The position numbers were made by a program, and so were the translations under genes. Under the pieces are notes generated by a model that saw only the letters and a program-made list of their open reading frames with translations, searched no databases and was not told where the DNA came from. A stretch of 64,000 nucleotides of DNA, taken from positions 1,216,001 through 1,280,000 of the forward strand of contig OZ242010.1 in NCBI GenBank assembly GCA_965204745.1. Direction: 5' to 3'. This document shows positions 30,486 to 41,045 of the stretch, piece by piece. This DNA comes from Candidatus Latescibacterota bacterium (GTDB lineage Bacteria; Latescibacterota; UBA2968). Position 1 is the stretch's first letter, and the number at the start of each line of letters is the position of its first letter.

Positions 30486-31016
30486 TTATCTCTCCAGTAC
30501 CTTTTTCCGAAACTGCTCGTACGCATCATACACATCTTCTGGATCCGGAACAACCGGCATCGCACGAACCCGACCGTGTGCATACCAATTCCGAAACCTG
30601 AAGTACCCCTTGGTCGCCGAGCAAACCCGCTGAAACGCCGCATCAATGTCGCTGAAACAGTCCCGCAATTTGTCGAATATCCGCTCGAGGGGTATCCGAC
30701 GACACGCCAGAGATGACCGTTTGGCAACTTGACGAGTCTCGCGGCGATATTCCAGACACAAATCGCGATACGCCTTGCTTACTACATCGCGTCTTTTTCT
30801 TCTCAAAGATATGAGAAAATTCTGTCGGACATCTGCCTCCAAAAGCGCAAGGAGCTTAAATGCGTAATCCTTGCGGATCTCCTCGAGCAACTCAGCGCGT
30901 AATTCCTCGCGCTCAGTTGGCGTAAAAGACTCGAAATGCGCGTCGCTCAGACCGCGCACATTTTGTCGAAGAAAGTGGTACCATTCGAGCAAGGAATCGC
31001 AAGTGAACTCACTCAT
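30486..31016 (-). CDS. Putative HEPN-domain protein
   Basis: LALLEADVR helix and C-terminal RNWYAH (RX4H) motif. Confidence 0.6.
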   Translation of the reverse strand: MSEFTCDSLLEWYHFLRQNVRGLSDAHFESFTPTEREELRAELLEEIRKDYAFKLLALLEADVRQNFLISLRRKRRDVVSKAYRDLCLEYRRETRQVAKRSSLACRRIPLERIFDKLRDCFSDIDAAFQRVCSATKGYFRFRNWYAHGRVRAMPVVPDPEDVYDAYEQFRKKVLER

Positions 31017-31485
31017 ATTCTTCTTCCAAAAACGCGACCAAAAATTCCTCAAAAGTCACTTTATTGAACGACCACCGCCGCACGGGTTTTCCGTATCTCC
31101 CCTCGCGCCGTGCAAACGCCCACTCGCCATTTCCGCTGTGCAACAGCATTGCGAGCGGGGTATTTCCCGCGGTGATATCGACCCTGCCTCGAGATCCGAT
31201 AACGAGATATGCAACCGGCCTGATCGCGAGAATCTGTCTGTCCAAAAAAACGAGACGCAACGCGGGGACTTCGTACTCTCCAAACTGATCCTCCCAAATC
31301 GAAACGGTCTCCCATTGAATCTCGAGATAGCCCTCGTCCTCGAGGGGTTGCAACCACTCGTTTATCCTCAACAAGAGGGTTTTGCAGTGGGCGATCCACT
31401 TTTGGCAAAGCGCACGCTCACGGAGATATTTGGCTTTCAGTCGCTTCCGTTTTTGTGCCAGCACTTCCTCGAGTCGCGTGGACAT
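31009..31485 (-). CDS. Hypothetical protein translationally coupled to the HEPN gene
   Basis: AGGAG RBS, GEYEVPAL...IRPVAYLVIGSRGRVDI, 8-nt overlap with the downstream gene. Confidence 0.75.
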   Translation of the reverse strand: MSTRLEEVLAQKRKRLKAKYLRERALCQKWIAHCKTLLLRINEWLQPLEDEGYLEIQWETVSIWEDQFGEYEVPALRLVFLDRQILAIRPVAYLVIGSRGRVDITAGNTPLAMLLHSGNGEWAFARREGRYGKPVRRWSFNKVTFEEFLVAFLEEEYE

Positions 31486-31529
31486 TTGTCTCTCCTTTGT
31501 CTCTATCGAAGGGCACGCCCCTTTTGGTG

Positions 31530-31901
31530 CTAAAAGTCGTACCTAAAATCCTCTGCCACCCGCTCTCGATCAATCACCCTCACCAAGGTATAGGCATAGC
31601 GTCCGACATCTTGGATCTCCGTGCCGCGATCTGTCAGCTTGACCTCGAGGGTATAGATAAAGCCAGGCACATGCACAAATCCCTCTATCTCTTCGTAAAA
31701 GAACTCCCACTTGCCCGCGGCTTCGTTTCTCGCGATGAGGCACTCTTTTTTGAAAGCCCCTTGACATGTCAGCCTTTCAGGCCCGATCACCAGTCTCTCT
31801 TCGGGAGATGTAGATGGATTGGACATACAACCCGCGAGCAAGATCGCGACCGTGAGGCAAAGGGCTTTTGGGCCGCAAATTTTGGTATCCCGAATCATCA
31901 T
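31530..31901 (-). CDS. DUF4377 family lipoprotein
   Basis: AGGAGG RBS, lipobox LLAGC, and C...KKECL...WEFFYEEIEGF..PGFIYTLEV. Confidence 0.8.
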   Translation of the reverse strand: MMIRDTKICGPKALCLTVAILLAGCMSNPSTSPEERLVIGPERLTCQGAFKKECLIARNEAAGKWEFFYEEIEGFVHVPGFIYTLEVKLTDRGTEIQDVGRYAYTLVRVIDRERVAEDFRYDF

Positions 31902-32146
31902 CTGCCTCCTTTGGCCCCTCCTCGCAACGGGGGTTAGGTATCGTGTTCGTGAAGTTGCGTTTTGGCAACGCCATCTGCGATTGGGGTACTCAATAATAAC
32001 ACGCAATTCACTTTGGGATAAAAAAAAGTTGGCAAGGCTGAAGCCTCCAGAGCCACGCGATATCCCTGGCAGAATCAGAGGGTCTTGCGGGCTGTCTGAT
32101 GAAACCCGGACATATTCAAGGGAGCGCCCCGCTGTCATACCAAATA

Positions 32147-32519
32147 ATACCAAACTGAATTGCTGTTGTCCTGATGTGATGCGGTATGCGGCATTCTTAA
32201 TTCCTAAATTTCTTGATGGGAGGCAGGATACGGACAATCGAAAATCAAATTGGTATAAATCACTTCAGCACATGCTCGGGGCACACGCACGCGCTCAACG
32301 CAGTGACCTATTTTTTTTAAAAACGAGAATATTGTAAATTATACTAAATTGAATTGCTGTTGTCCTATATACTGGGACACTTCAACTATTGCTGCTTGGG
32401 ACAGGCACGGGGCCTGTTCCTACGATACGTCTATTACTCGCTACGCTCCGTTGTAGGCTACGCCTGTGCGCGCTTTTGTCGTAAAAAAAATGAGAACAAA
32501 TAAAAATCAAATTGGTATA
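32147..32519. mobile_element. Two adjacent small MITE-like relics (32147-32257 and 32340-32519)
   Basis: Both start ATACYAAAYTGAATTGCTGTTGTCCT and end AAAATCAAATTGGTATA (imperfect IRs) with unrelated interiors. A related fragment lies at about 1288-1322. Confidence 0.55.
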
Positions 32520-32627
32520 AAAAAGGATCATAACCGCCCCTGTGCGCGACCAAACAGTGAGGGCAAAATAGAGCTGTTAAGTGCCCATTCGCACACAGCG
32601 GCGAGCCGTAAAAAAAGGGCTTTTGCC

Positions 32628-35600
32628 ATGTTCGTTCAATACCTGATATCTTTGGGCAGGCACAGGGGCCACGACCCTCCCTTTTATCTGCTTGATACTT
32701 TTGCACTTGTGCTTCTCATCGCCTTTGTCGTCTGTGGCAGAGCCAGCGCGCAACCGGGCATGCCCGCGATTAACCGCGTGGCAATAGGAAACGGGTATCT
32801 CACCGTCACTTGGACAGCACCGAAAAACAAGGGCGGCGGCATCGATAGCTACAAAGTGACCGCCGATCCGGGCACCCCCGCTATCGATTCGGATGATCGC
32901 ACCTGCCCTGCCACCGAGACGAGTGGAGCCGCCACCGCTTGCACCCTTACCGACCTGAGCAATGGCACGGCGTACACCGTGCGCGTGGTGGCGATCAATT
33001 CGGCCGGCAACAGCGTGCCGTCGGTCTCGGTGGTTGCATCCCCCCGAGACGCTGGCGGGGTCCTCATCGTTGGGGGCAATGGGAAAACCAAGTTTTTGAG
33101 GTATCCAAAATTGGGTTCTACGCTCAGCGCGTTGGTCGCGGAATACGCACGCGGGGCATCCGGTGCTAGCAAGCGTTCGGGGCGAGTGGAATCCATTCCG
33201 GTGTGGATGCAAATCGACACGCAGGCCAACGTGGATGTGATCGTGCGTTTTTTGACCGACAATGGCGTGCAATCGCCGAGGGCGCACAAGGGGAGTGCCG
33301 ATGACGCGATCAAGGGCCTGATCGAGGCGTATGTGCCCGTGTCGCTCCTCGTGCGGTTGTCCGAACAGCCGGGCGTTTTGCTCATTGAACAGGTCATTCC
33401 ACCCAAGGCAGATTCGGCACTTTCGGTACTCACGCGCACGCCTGCGGTGGCGCACGAGGCCATTGCTTGGCATTCGGCCGGATATGATGGGACGGGTGTC
33501 AAAGTCGGTGTGATAGACGAGGGCTTCGAGAACTTCCGCACCACTTTTGGCACGCGCACGGTTCAGGCGCATTGCTATATCACCTCTATGGATACGGAGG
33601 TCGCGACTATGGATACGGTGGTCGCGACGAGTGAGATTGCCAACTGCGAAACCGAAACCAATCATGGCACCAAGGTGACCCAATCCCTGCTGCATATCGC
33701 GCCGCAGGTGTCTCTTTACATCGCCAATCCGCGCACACAATGGGAACTGCGAGAGGCTGTGAACTGGATGAAGGCTCGGGATGTTCGGGTTATCAATCAT
33801 TCAATAAGTTGGACATGGGATGGCCCGGGCGACGGGACAGCGCCTCTTGTCCATAGCCCGCTAAAAACCGTCGATACTGCGGTTGCGGATAGCATTATTT
33901 GGGTTAATTCGGCAGGAAATGCCGCGAGAAAGACGTGGTATTCGGCCTCTCCAACTTGGAGTTCGAGCACCAACTTGGAGTTCAGTGCTGGGGACACCTG
34001 CAACGCCGTCTTCTTAACGAGGGATAAGAAGTCGGTATTTCAACTGAGATGGGCAGATATATGGCCTAAGGCCACGACCGACTTGGACCTTTACCTGTTG
34101 AACAGCGCGGGTACAGATACGGTTGCTTTTTCAAAAAACCCACAGAGCGGAGAGGAAGCTCACTATCCAGCGGAATATATTGTGTACACCCCCTCCTCGG
34201 GTGGCTCTTATTGCTTAATGGTCGATCTCCACAGTGAAACAGGCCCCGCCTGGGTTCAACTGCAAGCCTTTGATGGCACTGGCAACTTGGAGTACTACAC
34301 CGAGCGAGGCAGCATAACCAACCCGTCGGAGAGTGCCAATGCGGGTATGTTGGCCGTTGGCGCCGCCCATTATTATTGGGGTACCATTGAACTCTTTAGC
34401 GGCCGTGGGCCAACGCCCGATGGTCGAACCAAGCCCGATATCGTTGGCGCGGATGGGTACAACTTCTTTTTTGGCACCAGTTACGGAGCGCCCCATGTCG
34501 CGGGGTTAGCCGCCCTGGTCATCGACCGATATGAAAGCGATGCGAACTACGACACGCCGGCAGAGGTAGCCGCATATCTAAAAAACAATGCGCGGGACTT
34601 GGGTAGCACTGGCCCCGACAATACCTGGGGCCATGGGTTTGCCGAATTGCCAACCCCTCCAGTGGTCGATGGCACTCAGACTGTCACCATTGCGGATGCC
34701 AACCTACGCGCAGTGATTGAAGACAGCCTGGGCAAAGCACGCGGGGCGCCAATTACCCGAAGTGAGATGGCGACCTTGTCTTGCCTCGAGGGGACGAACT
34801 CGAACATCCGCACATTGACCGGGCTAGAATATGCGATCAACCTGCTTCTCCTGGATCTCGGGGATGCAGGTGGCGATGCCACTGCCGTCAACAGCAACGC
34901 GGTCTCGAGCCTGTCGCCGCTTCGGGGCTTAAACCATTTAATCGTTCTCGATCTTTGGGGCAACAACGTCTCTGACCTCTCGCCATTGGTGGCAAACACG
35001 GGATTGGGGCGCGGCGATGCCATTCAACTGAGAAACAACCCATTGAGTGCCACCGCACGCCTCTCGCACCTCTCCACCCTTCAGGATCGCGGGGTGACAG
35101 TGTATTTCGACGAGGCCACTTTATCTGCATTTCCTGCGACGCTGACGCTGACCGAAGAGAACCTCAACGGGCAACAAGTCGAAGTAACCCTGTCGGCGGG
35201 CTATACGTATGAGAATAGTACTACCGACGGCTTTGCACGGGCCTTCATATTGGCCTCGGCTCCTCCGGGCGTAACCATCGGTAGCGTGACCACATCTTCC
35301 AATAAAGTGTCCAGGTTGACGCTCGCGTACGACAAGACCGATTTCGACACCAACGCGAACTTGCGCGTCATCATAAATCCATTCGCCCACTCCGGCACGA
35401 GCGTTATCACGTCGTCGCCGCTCACAGTAACAGCCACAGATGAAGATGCGCCGAGGGTAACGCTGTCGCTGTCGCCCTCGTCAATTTCTGAGAACGGCGG
35501 GGTTTCGACGGTGAGCGCGACCCTATCGCATCCGTCGAGCGCGGCGACGACGCTCACGGTTTCGGCTTTGCCTGTGTCCCCTGCGACTGCGAGCGACTTC

Positions 35601-36167
35601 ACGCTATCGAGTGCGGACACGCTGACCGTCGCGGCGACTGCGACGACGAGCACGGGCACCGTGACGATCACCGCCGTGGACAACGACGATTGGGCGGTCG
35701 CCAAGACGGTCACGGTGTCTGCAACCGCAAACAACGCCCAAGGCATCACCGCACCCGCACCCGTGACCCTGACCCTGACCGATGACGAAAGCCCGAGTGC
35801 CAACTTGGATGTGGATGGCAATGGCGAGGTGAGGCTGTTCTCGGATATAATCCTGATCATTCGATACGTCCTCTTCTTCCGGAACGAGGCCCTCATCAGA
35901 GGGAATGTCATCGAGCCAACTGCCACGCGCACGACCCCGCAAGAAATTGAACCCTACCTCGACACGTTGGTCGATCAGAACATTCTCGATGTGGATGGCG
36001 ATGGCGATGTGAGGCTGTTCTCGGATATAATCCTGATCATTCGATATGTCCTCTTCTTCCGGAACGAGGCCCTCCTCAGAGGGAACGTCATCGAGCCAAC
36101 TGCCACGCGCACGACCGCTCAAGACATTACATCCTACATCGAAAGCCTCTATCCCGCCTCTCCATGA
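32628..36167 (+). CDS. Secreted S8 serine peptidase with FN3, LRR and Ig/Calx-beta-like domains and a duplicated dockerin-like C-terminus
   Basis: Triad VGVIDEG / NHGT / GTSYGAPHV; FN3 LSNGTAYTVRVVA; LRR DANLRAVI...LTGLEYAINL. Start position is uncertain. Confidence 0.85.
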   Translation: MFVQYLISLGRHRGHDPPFYLLDTFALVLLIAFVVCGRASAQPGMPAINRVAIGNGYLTVTWTAPKNKGGGIDSYKVTADPGTPAIDSDDRTCPATETSGAATACTLTDLSNGTAYTVRVVAINSAGNSVPSVSVVASPRDAGGVLIVGGNGKTKFLRYPKLGSTLSALVAEYARGASGASKRSGRVESIPVWMQIDTQANVDVIVRFLTDNGVQSPRAHKGSADDAIKGLIEAYVPVSLLVRLSEQPGVLLIEQVIPPKADSALSVLTRTPAVAHEAIAWHSAGYDGTGVKVGVIDEGFENFRTTFGTRTVQAHCYITSMDTEVATMDTVVATSEIANCETETNHGTKVTQSLLHIAPQVSLYIANPRTQWELREAVNWMKARDVRVINHSISWTWDGPGDGTAPLVHSPLKTVDTAVADSIIWVNSAGNAARKTWYSASPTWSSSTNLEFSAGDTCNAVFLTRDKKSVFQLRWADIWPKATTDLDLYLLNSAGTDTVAFSKNPQSGEEAHYPAEYIVYTPSSGGSYCLMVDLHSETGPAWVQLQAFDGTGNLEYYTERGSITNPSESANAGMLAVGAAHYYWGTIELFSGRGPTPDGRTKPDIVGADGYNFFFGTSYGAPHVAGLAALVIDRYESDANYDTPAEVAAYLKNNARDLGSTGPDNTWGHGFAELPTPPVVDGTQTVTIADANLRAVIEDSLGKARGAPITRSEMATLSCLEGTNSNIRTLTGLEYAINLLLLDLGDAGGDATAVNSNAVSSLSPLRGLNHLIVLDLWGNNVSDLSPLVANTGLGRGDAIQLRNNPLSATARLSHLSTLQDRGVTVYFDEATLSAFPATLTLTEENLNGQQVEVTLSAGYTYENSTTDGFARAFILASAPPGVTIGSVTTSSNKVSRLTLAYDKTDFDTNANLRVIINPFAHSGTSVITSSPLTVTATDEDAPRVTLSLSPSSISENGGVSTVSATLSHPSSAATTLTVSALPVSPATASDFTLSSADTLTVAATATTSTGTVTITAVDNDDWAVAKTVTVSATANNAQGITAPAPVTLTLTDDESPSANLDVDGNGEVRLFSDIILIIRYVLFFRNEALIRGNVIEPTATRTTPQEIEPYLDTLVDQNILDVDGDGDVRLFSDIILIIRYVLFFRNEALLRGNVIEPTATRTTAQDITSYIESLYPASP

Positions 36168-36392
36168 GGCGACGACCGCATCGGCGAAGGGATACCGACC
36201 CTTGATTTTATCGTTGGATGTGAGGACGGGCACGGGGCCTGTCCCTACGGGTGATGGGTGGAACTGATCGCTGACCGATGGGGCATGAGGCCGGGGTCAC
36301 GCACACAGCGGGATGGACACATGACGGGCACGCACGGGTGGTTGGAGAAGATGGGCATGCACGGAGGCACCGCCCCTACTGCTGTCGTTTCA

Positions 36393-38842
36393 TCAATGCG
36401 GCAAATAGTGTTCGTGCAGGTGATCCTTGGCGACGCCATCTGCGATCATGGCCTCGATATGCGCGTCATCATACCCCAATTCCCGCAGAATCTCTCGGGT
36501 GTGCGCGCCTTGTTTGGGGCAGGCGTAGAGCAGTTGAATCGGAGCGTTTTTCAGACGCACATAAGCCGGCGGCGCGAGATCGACCGCACTGCCGACCGGG
36601 TGATCCACAAAGCGAACAATGGCAATGGACCGCCCGTCATCCCATGCGTTCAGATCGTCTGCGGACACCTCGTGCAAATACCTGCTGCGAATGTCCTCGA
36701 GCGAATCGATGCGGTGCCCGGCCAACCCTGCATCGTTAAACAATTTGACCCAATGGGCCACCTCGCGCTGCGCGATCTTTGCTTCCAAAAATTTCTCTGT
36801 GCCCTCATCCGGCGCGTGTTCCAAGCCCGGGACGCGCCTCAATTTGTCGATCTCATGGCGTAGCCCACCCACAAAAACCCACCCATCCCGTGCGCGATAC
36901 ATGCGGTGCAAGGCGTGTTCGCCCATTGCATCTTGACCCGAAGGTTCATCGCCCGAGCACGCGCTTTGGCACGCAAACATAAAAGGCGCCTGCACGAGTT
37001 GCCCGCCCTGCGCGAGCGACGTGGTCACAAAATCCCCGCCATCCGGAACCCCGCTGCGCCTGCGTTTGAACAGCGCGAGCACCGCGCCATAAGTCGCTGA
37101 ATACCCCGTGATATAATCAATACAAGACGCCCACCCGTGCAAAATCGGTTTCTCGCCCGCGCCGCCGTAGCGCGTTTGAATGCCGGTCGATCCCTGAAGC
37201 AGAGGATCAAAGCCCGGGCGATTCATCCACGGCCCCGGGCGCGGCCCATGGAATGCCGTCAGGTTGAGATAGACGATATCGGGCTTGCACCTCTTGACCG
37301 AGTCGTAGTCAATGCCCAAATTTTCAGCCACCCCGGCCGGAAATTGTGGACGATCACATCGGCTGTTTCGACCAACTTCATAAACGCGGCCCTGCCGGTC
37401 TCTGCCTTCAAATTTAGGATCGCGCTACGCTTGCCGGGGCTGACCTCTATCGGAAACCAACTGGAAACGCGCGGGCCAAAATAGGGTTCGGGCGGATCGA
37501 TCTTGATGACCTCTGCACCGTATTCCGCCAACGTGCGCGCACTGGCCGGGCCGGCCAACACATTGGACAAATCCAAAACCCGAACCCCTTCGAGAATAGG
37601 CGTTGCCGGCACTGTTGCGACGTCCGGCCTGGGCTTGGGTTCAGCGCATCCGGCGAACGACCGCCGGGGTTTGGGAATGACGCAGTCCGCCGGGGTTTTG
37701 GAAAGCCACGTTTGCACGCCAAGTTGCCGCGTCGGCCCATACTCGGGATCGTCCACCACGACAGTCAACGCCGCCTCGTCCGTCTCGGCCTTGTGCAACC
37801 ACTCCTGCGCCGTGCGCTGAATCGTACACGGCACGCCCGCAGCAGTCAACACATCGACCCAGTGTTGCGCCGGTTCGCTCGCAACCACGGCCTCAATTTT
37901 CTTTCGCACCTTGCGATTCCACTCCCCGGACAAATGCGACGAATCCGGAATATTATTCGTCAGATGGAGATTGTCATACACCGGCGCATCGACCATGCCC
38001 TGCGCGATCAGATCGTCATACACCTCCAACGCCTTGACCAGGGATCGGCTGTTCCGCGCATGCCCGGCCGCGATGATGTACAGCCATTGCCCATCCCCTG
38101 CGAGGAACGAGCCGCTAAACGGCGACCCCTCGCCCCGGTTCTGGCGCGCGACTTTTCGCGCTGCATCCACCGGCAGGCCGTATCGCGCGGGTTTCTCTGC
38201 GGCATCCAACATAATCACAGCCATCGCAGACATGGCCGCGCCCACCAACGAAACCTCGATCACATCGCCCCGCCCGGTTTCTTCGCGCGCGTACAGGGCC
38301 AGGGTCGCGGCGATGGCCCCGTGAATCGCGCCATAAGTCGATCCCAATGGCATGGGCGTGTAAATGGGCCGCACGTCCAACAATCGGCGCGCGCTCTGCA
38401 AATCCGTGTATTGACCAATCGCCGCGCTGATAATGCCCTCAAATGCGCGGATCGATGCTTTTTCATCCGCAGCGGCAAACCCCGGCAACGAGAGATAGAC
38501 CAAGCCCGGATTTCGTGCGGTCATCTCTTCCGCGCCCAATCCCAACCGACGCATGACCCCCGGGCGAAAATTCTCAATCACCACATCTGCCGACAAAACC
38601 AAATCCACGGCCCGCGCCCGATCATCCGCATCTTTCAAATCCAAGGTGACGCACTGCTTGCCCCGATTAAAAACCCCATTTACAGGGGTATCATAATCGG
38701 GCCTGCCCGGCCGATCCACCTTGATGACCTCGGCCCCCTGATCCGCGAGCAACATCCCGGCCAATGGCCCGGCGATATAATGCCCAAAATCAATGACGCG
38801 AACCCCGGTCAATGGCGCCTGCGTATCGCGTTCTCTGTCCAT
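36393..38842 (-). pseudogene. Double-domain CaiB/BaiF class III CoA-transferase with a 1-nt frameshift
   Basis: Two 'GVRV(I/L)D...AGP...GAEVIK' domains. NFRPG|VAENLG is split between frames at the C4 run 37331-37334. Confidence 0.85.
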
Positions 38843-38953
38843 CCCTGTCTCCTCTTGGTGTTTTCGTGACCCGAATAATAATGCGTTTGGGTCGAGGGGG
38901 TTAGTAAAAAAACGATCTGAAAATTTGAGGATGGGCAGGGTGAAGAACTCCGT

Positions 38954-38981
38954 GTTGGGGCGAATAATTATTTGCCCCAAC
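38954..38981. repeat. REP-like 28-bp palindrome
   Basis: GTTGGGGCGAATAATTATTTGCCCCAAC; sister copy at 47892-47919. Confidence 0.75.
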
Positions 38982-39050
38982 TTTGAACTGGCTGTCGCCA
39001 GTTGTACCCCCCCTTTTGTGCTTTGAACTGGCTGTCGCCAGTTGTACCCC
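38981..39050. repeat. 30-bp direct repeat, two copies, period 40
   Basis: CTTTGAACTGGCTGTCGCCAGTTGTACCCC at 38981 and 39021. Confidence 0.8.
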
Positions 39051-39147
39051 GCTCGTGCCTTTTGTGGCTATCTCCTTTACCCCACCTGCACGCCCCAATC
39101 CGCGTTCATCCGCTTCATCCGCGATCCTTCTTTGAAAGAGATTTGTC

Positions 39148-39176
39148 TTGCAAACGCCCTGCCGATGCCGTATCAT
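39148..39176 (+). promoter_or_regulatory. Putative sigma70 promoter
   Basis: TTGCAA-N17-TATCAT directly before the structured leader. Confidence 0.6.
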
Positions 39177-39182
39177 AGCCGT

Positions 39183-39426
39183 GCGTATTTCAGAGTCTAA
39201 CCGCTGGAAGTGGCCCTGGCAGTATCGGCAACTTCCAGCCGGTTAAATGCTATGGTTTCGGCTTCCGAAAGGACCGAACTCAATCTTTTATAGACTCTGA
39301 GTACGCGGCCTATGGCGTTTAACCGGCAAAGCCCAGAAATCCACCGGGTGCCGTAGGCTTGGCACTCGGTATTTTTTTAGACATTGACCGGGTGTCAGCA
39401 ACAACAGGACACGCGGTATTTTTTTT
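39183..39426 (+). ncRNA. Unclassified structured RNA or leader with alternative pairing and two tandem terminators
   Basis: Closing stem 39183-39199/39291-39306, two internal hairpins, competing helix 39238-39255/39309-39327, terminators at 39343-39378 and 39387-39426. Confidence 0.65.
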
Positions 39427-39439
39427 GAGGAGACTCGCT

Positions 39440-39571
39440 ATGTACACCACACACCAGCGGCAAATTCATCGCCATCGTTGTCACGGTAGCCCGCTTGCTC
39501 AACGCCTCAATTTGAGCATTGCCCCCACATCCACAAAAGGTCTGCACGCCGCGCTCATGGTTAATTTTTAG
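39440..39571 (+). pseudogene. 43-codon ORF, likely scar of an outer-membrane protein gene
   Basis: GAGGAG RBS; C-terminus LSIAPTSTKGLHAALMVNF parallels FSIGLAPDRNGNLAAIATLRF of the next gene. Confidence 0.45.
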
Positions 39572-39583
39572 TGCGGGATTCAC

Positions 39584-41045
39584 CACTTATTCAACAGGAG
39601 GAACACATGGCACGTCTCGTTGCAATCGTTTTGATTTTGGGCATGTACCGCCCAGATACACTGCTGGCAGGGGTGGTTTTTGAAGCCGGGGAAATCGACA
39701 GCAATGCGGTTCAGCCCGGCGCGTTTGTCGAGGTTATCTACGGCCAGGGCGTGCGGCATTCGGACACGGGAGCGTGGGAAAAGTTGGAGACCGTGCGCGG
39801 CTATCTCAAAGCCCTGGATGCAGAGCATATCACCATTGGCGGGCGGTTTTGGCAGAAGGAGATGGCGGCTGAGCGCGTGCAAAAGTTGACCGTTTTGGAT
39901 TCTGAACGCCCGGCGAGAAAGTCCGCACTCGCGCGGGTCGAGAACAACGCGCCTTCAGAAGTGGTGAATTGGTATTCGGATGAACGCGCAAGGCAGGTGA
40001 TCGTTGCCAAAGGCCGATATGTCGAAGTGACGTATCGCGGCGCGTATGGCGAGACCGAGATTGCAGAGGGGTTCGTCCGAGCGATAGATGAAACCGAACT
40101 GGCGATTTACCGAGGCGGCTGGCGCCAGACGATTTCGCGGGATGGGATCGACGTTCTCATCGTCTGCGATAACCCGAGCCAACTTCGACAGGCCAAGCGC
40201 GTCACAGCCCGAGGCGAGAAAAGAGATGAAAACAGATCGCCCCACATTTTCTCACCATTGTTGGAAAACAGATCATCTCGCATTTTCGCAAAATTGTTCA
40301 CTGGCTTTGCTACCGGAGGGGTTGGGTATTTGGTTGGTAGCAGAATTGGTAGCCTGACTGGTGAAGGTGGATGGGATACCTTTGGGGCCGCAATTTTGGG
40401 CGGGGTCATCGCCTATACGGTAGGAGTGCCAATCGGCGTTAGCATAATCGACCCACATGATCAACCTGTCAAAACAGCGGCCGGTAGTTTCATGGGATTC
40501 GGTGCTGGCATTGTCATTTACTCCCTCAACCAAGAGTATTGGCAAATGGCCTTTATCTGCCCGCTCGTCGGCGCCGTGATTATGTCCGAAAGGTCACACA
40601 ATACCCTTATCGTCCGCCAGTTTTCTATCGGCCTCGCCCCTGACCGCAATGGCAACCTAGCGGCCATTGCCACACTGCGGTTCTAACCGGCCCTCAAAGG
40701 GTCAGGCACTTATTCAACAGGAGGAACACATGGCACGGCTCGTTGCAATCGTTTTGATTTTGGGCATGTACCGCCCAGATACACTGCTGGCAGGGGTGGT
40801 TTTTGAAGCCGGGGAAATCGACAGCAATGCGGTTCAACCCGGCGCGTTTGTCGAGGTTATCTACGGCAAGGGCGAGCGCCATTCGGACACGGGAGCGTGG
40901 GAAAAGTTGGAGACCGTGCGCGGCTATCTCAAAGCCATGGATGAAGAGCATATCACCATTGGCGGGCGGTTTTGGCAGAAGGAGATCGCGGCTGAGCGCG
41001 TGCAAAAACTGACCGTTTTGGATTCTGAACGCCCGGCGAGAAAGT
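39584..41045 (+). repeat. 339-bp near-identical direct repeat (39584-39922 and 40707-41045)
   Basis: Covers the RBS and first 105 codons of both tandem genes; identity ends abruptly after ...ERPARK. Confidence 0.92.
39607..40686 (+). CDS. Exported/outer-membrane protein A (shared N-module plus Gly-rich hydrophobic C-domain)
   Basis: AGGAGG RBS, signal peptide, C-terminal beta-signal-like ATLRF. Confidence 0.75.
   Translation: MARLVAIVLILGMYRPDTLLAGVVFEAGEIDSNAVQPGAFVEVIYGQGVRHSDTGAWEKLETVRGYLKALDAEHITIGGRFWQKEMAAERVQKLTVLDSERPARKSALARVENNAPSEVVNWYSDERARQVIVAKGRYVEVTYRGAYGETEIAEGFVRAIDETELAIYRGGWRQTISRDGIDVLIVCDNPSQLRQAKRVTARGEKRDENRSPHIFSPLLENRSSRIFAKLFTGFATGGVGYLVGSRIGSLTGEGGWDTFGAAILGGVIAYTVGVPIGVSIIDPHDQPVKTAAGSFMGFGAGIVIYSLNQEYWQMAFICPLVGAVIMSERSHNTLIVRQFSIGLAPDRNGNLAAIATLRF

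Noticed and set aside
32520-32627. c-di-GMP-I riboswitch upstream of the S8 peptidase (GGGCAAA)
   Set aside because: The GNRA-capped P2 and following GCAAA/P3 elements are missing.
38981-39050. 30-bp palindromic repeat pair as a mini-CRISPR
   Set aside because: Only two copies with a 10-bp gap, too short for a spacer.
39584-41045. Diversity-generating retroelement template/variable repeat pair
   Set aside because: Differences are not adenine-specific, the repeats are at gene 5' ends, and no reverse transcriptase is in the window.
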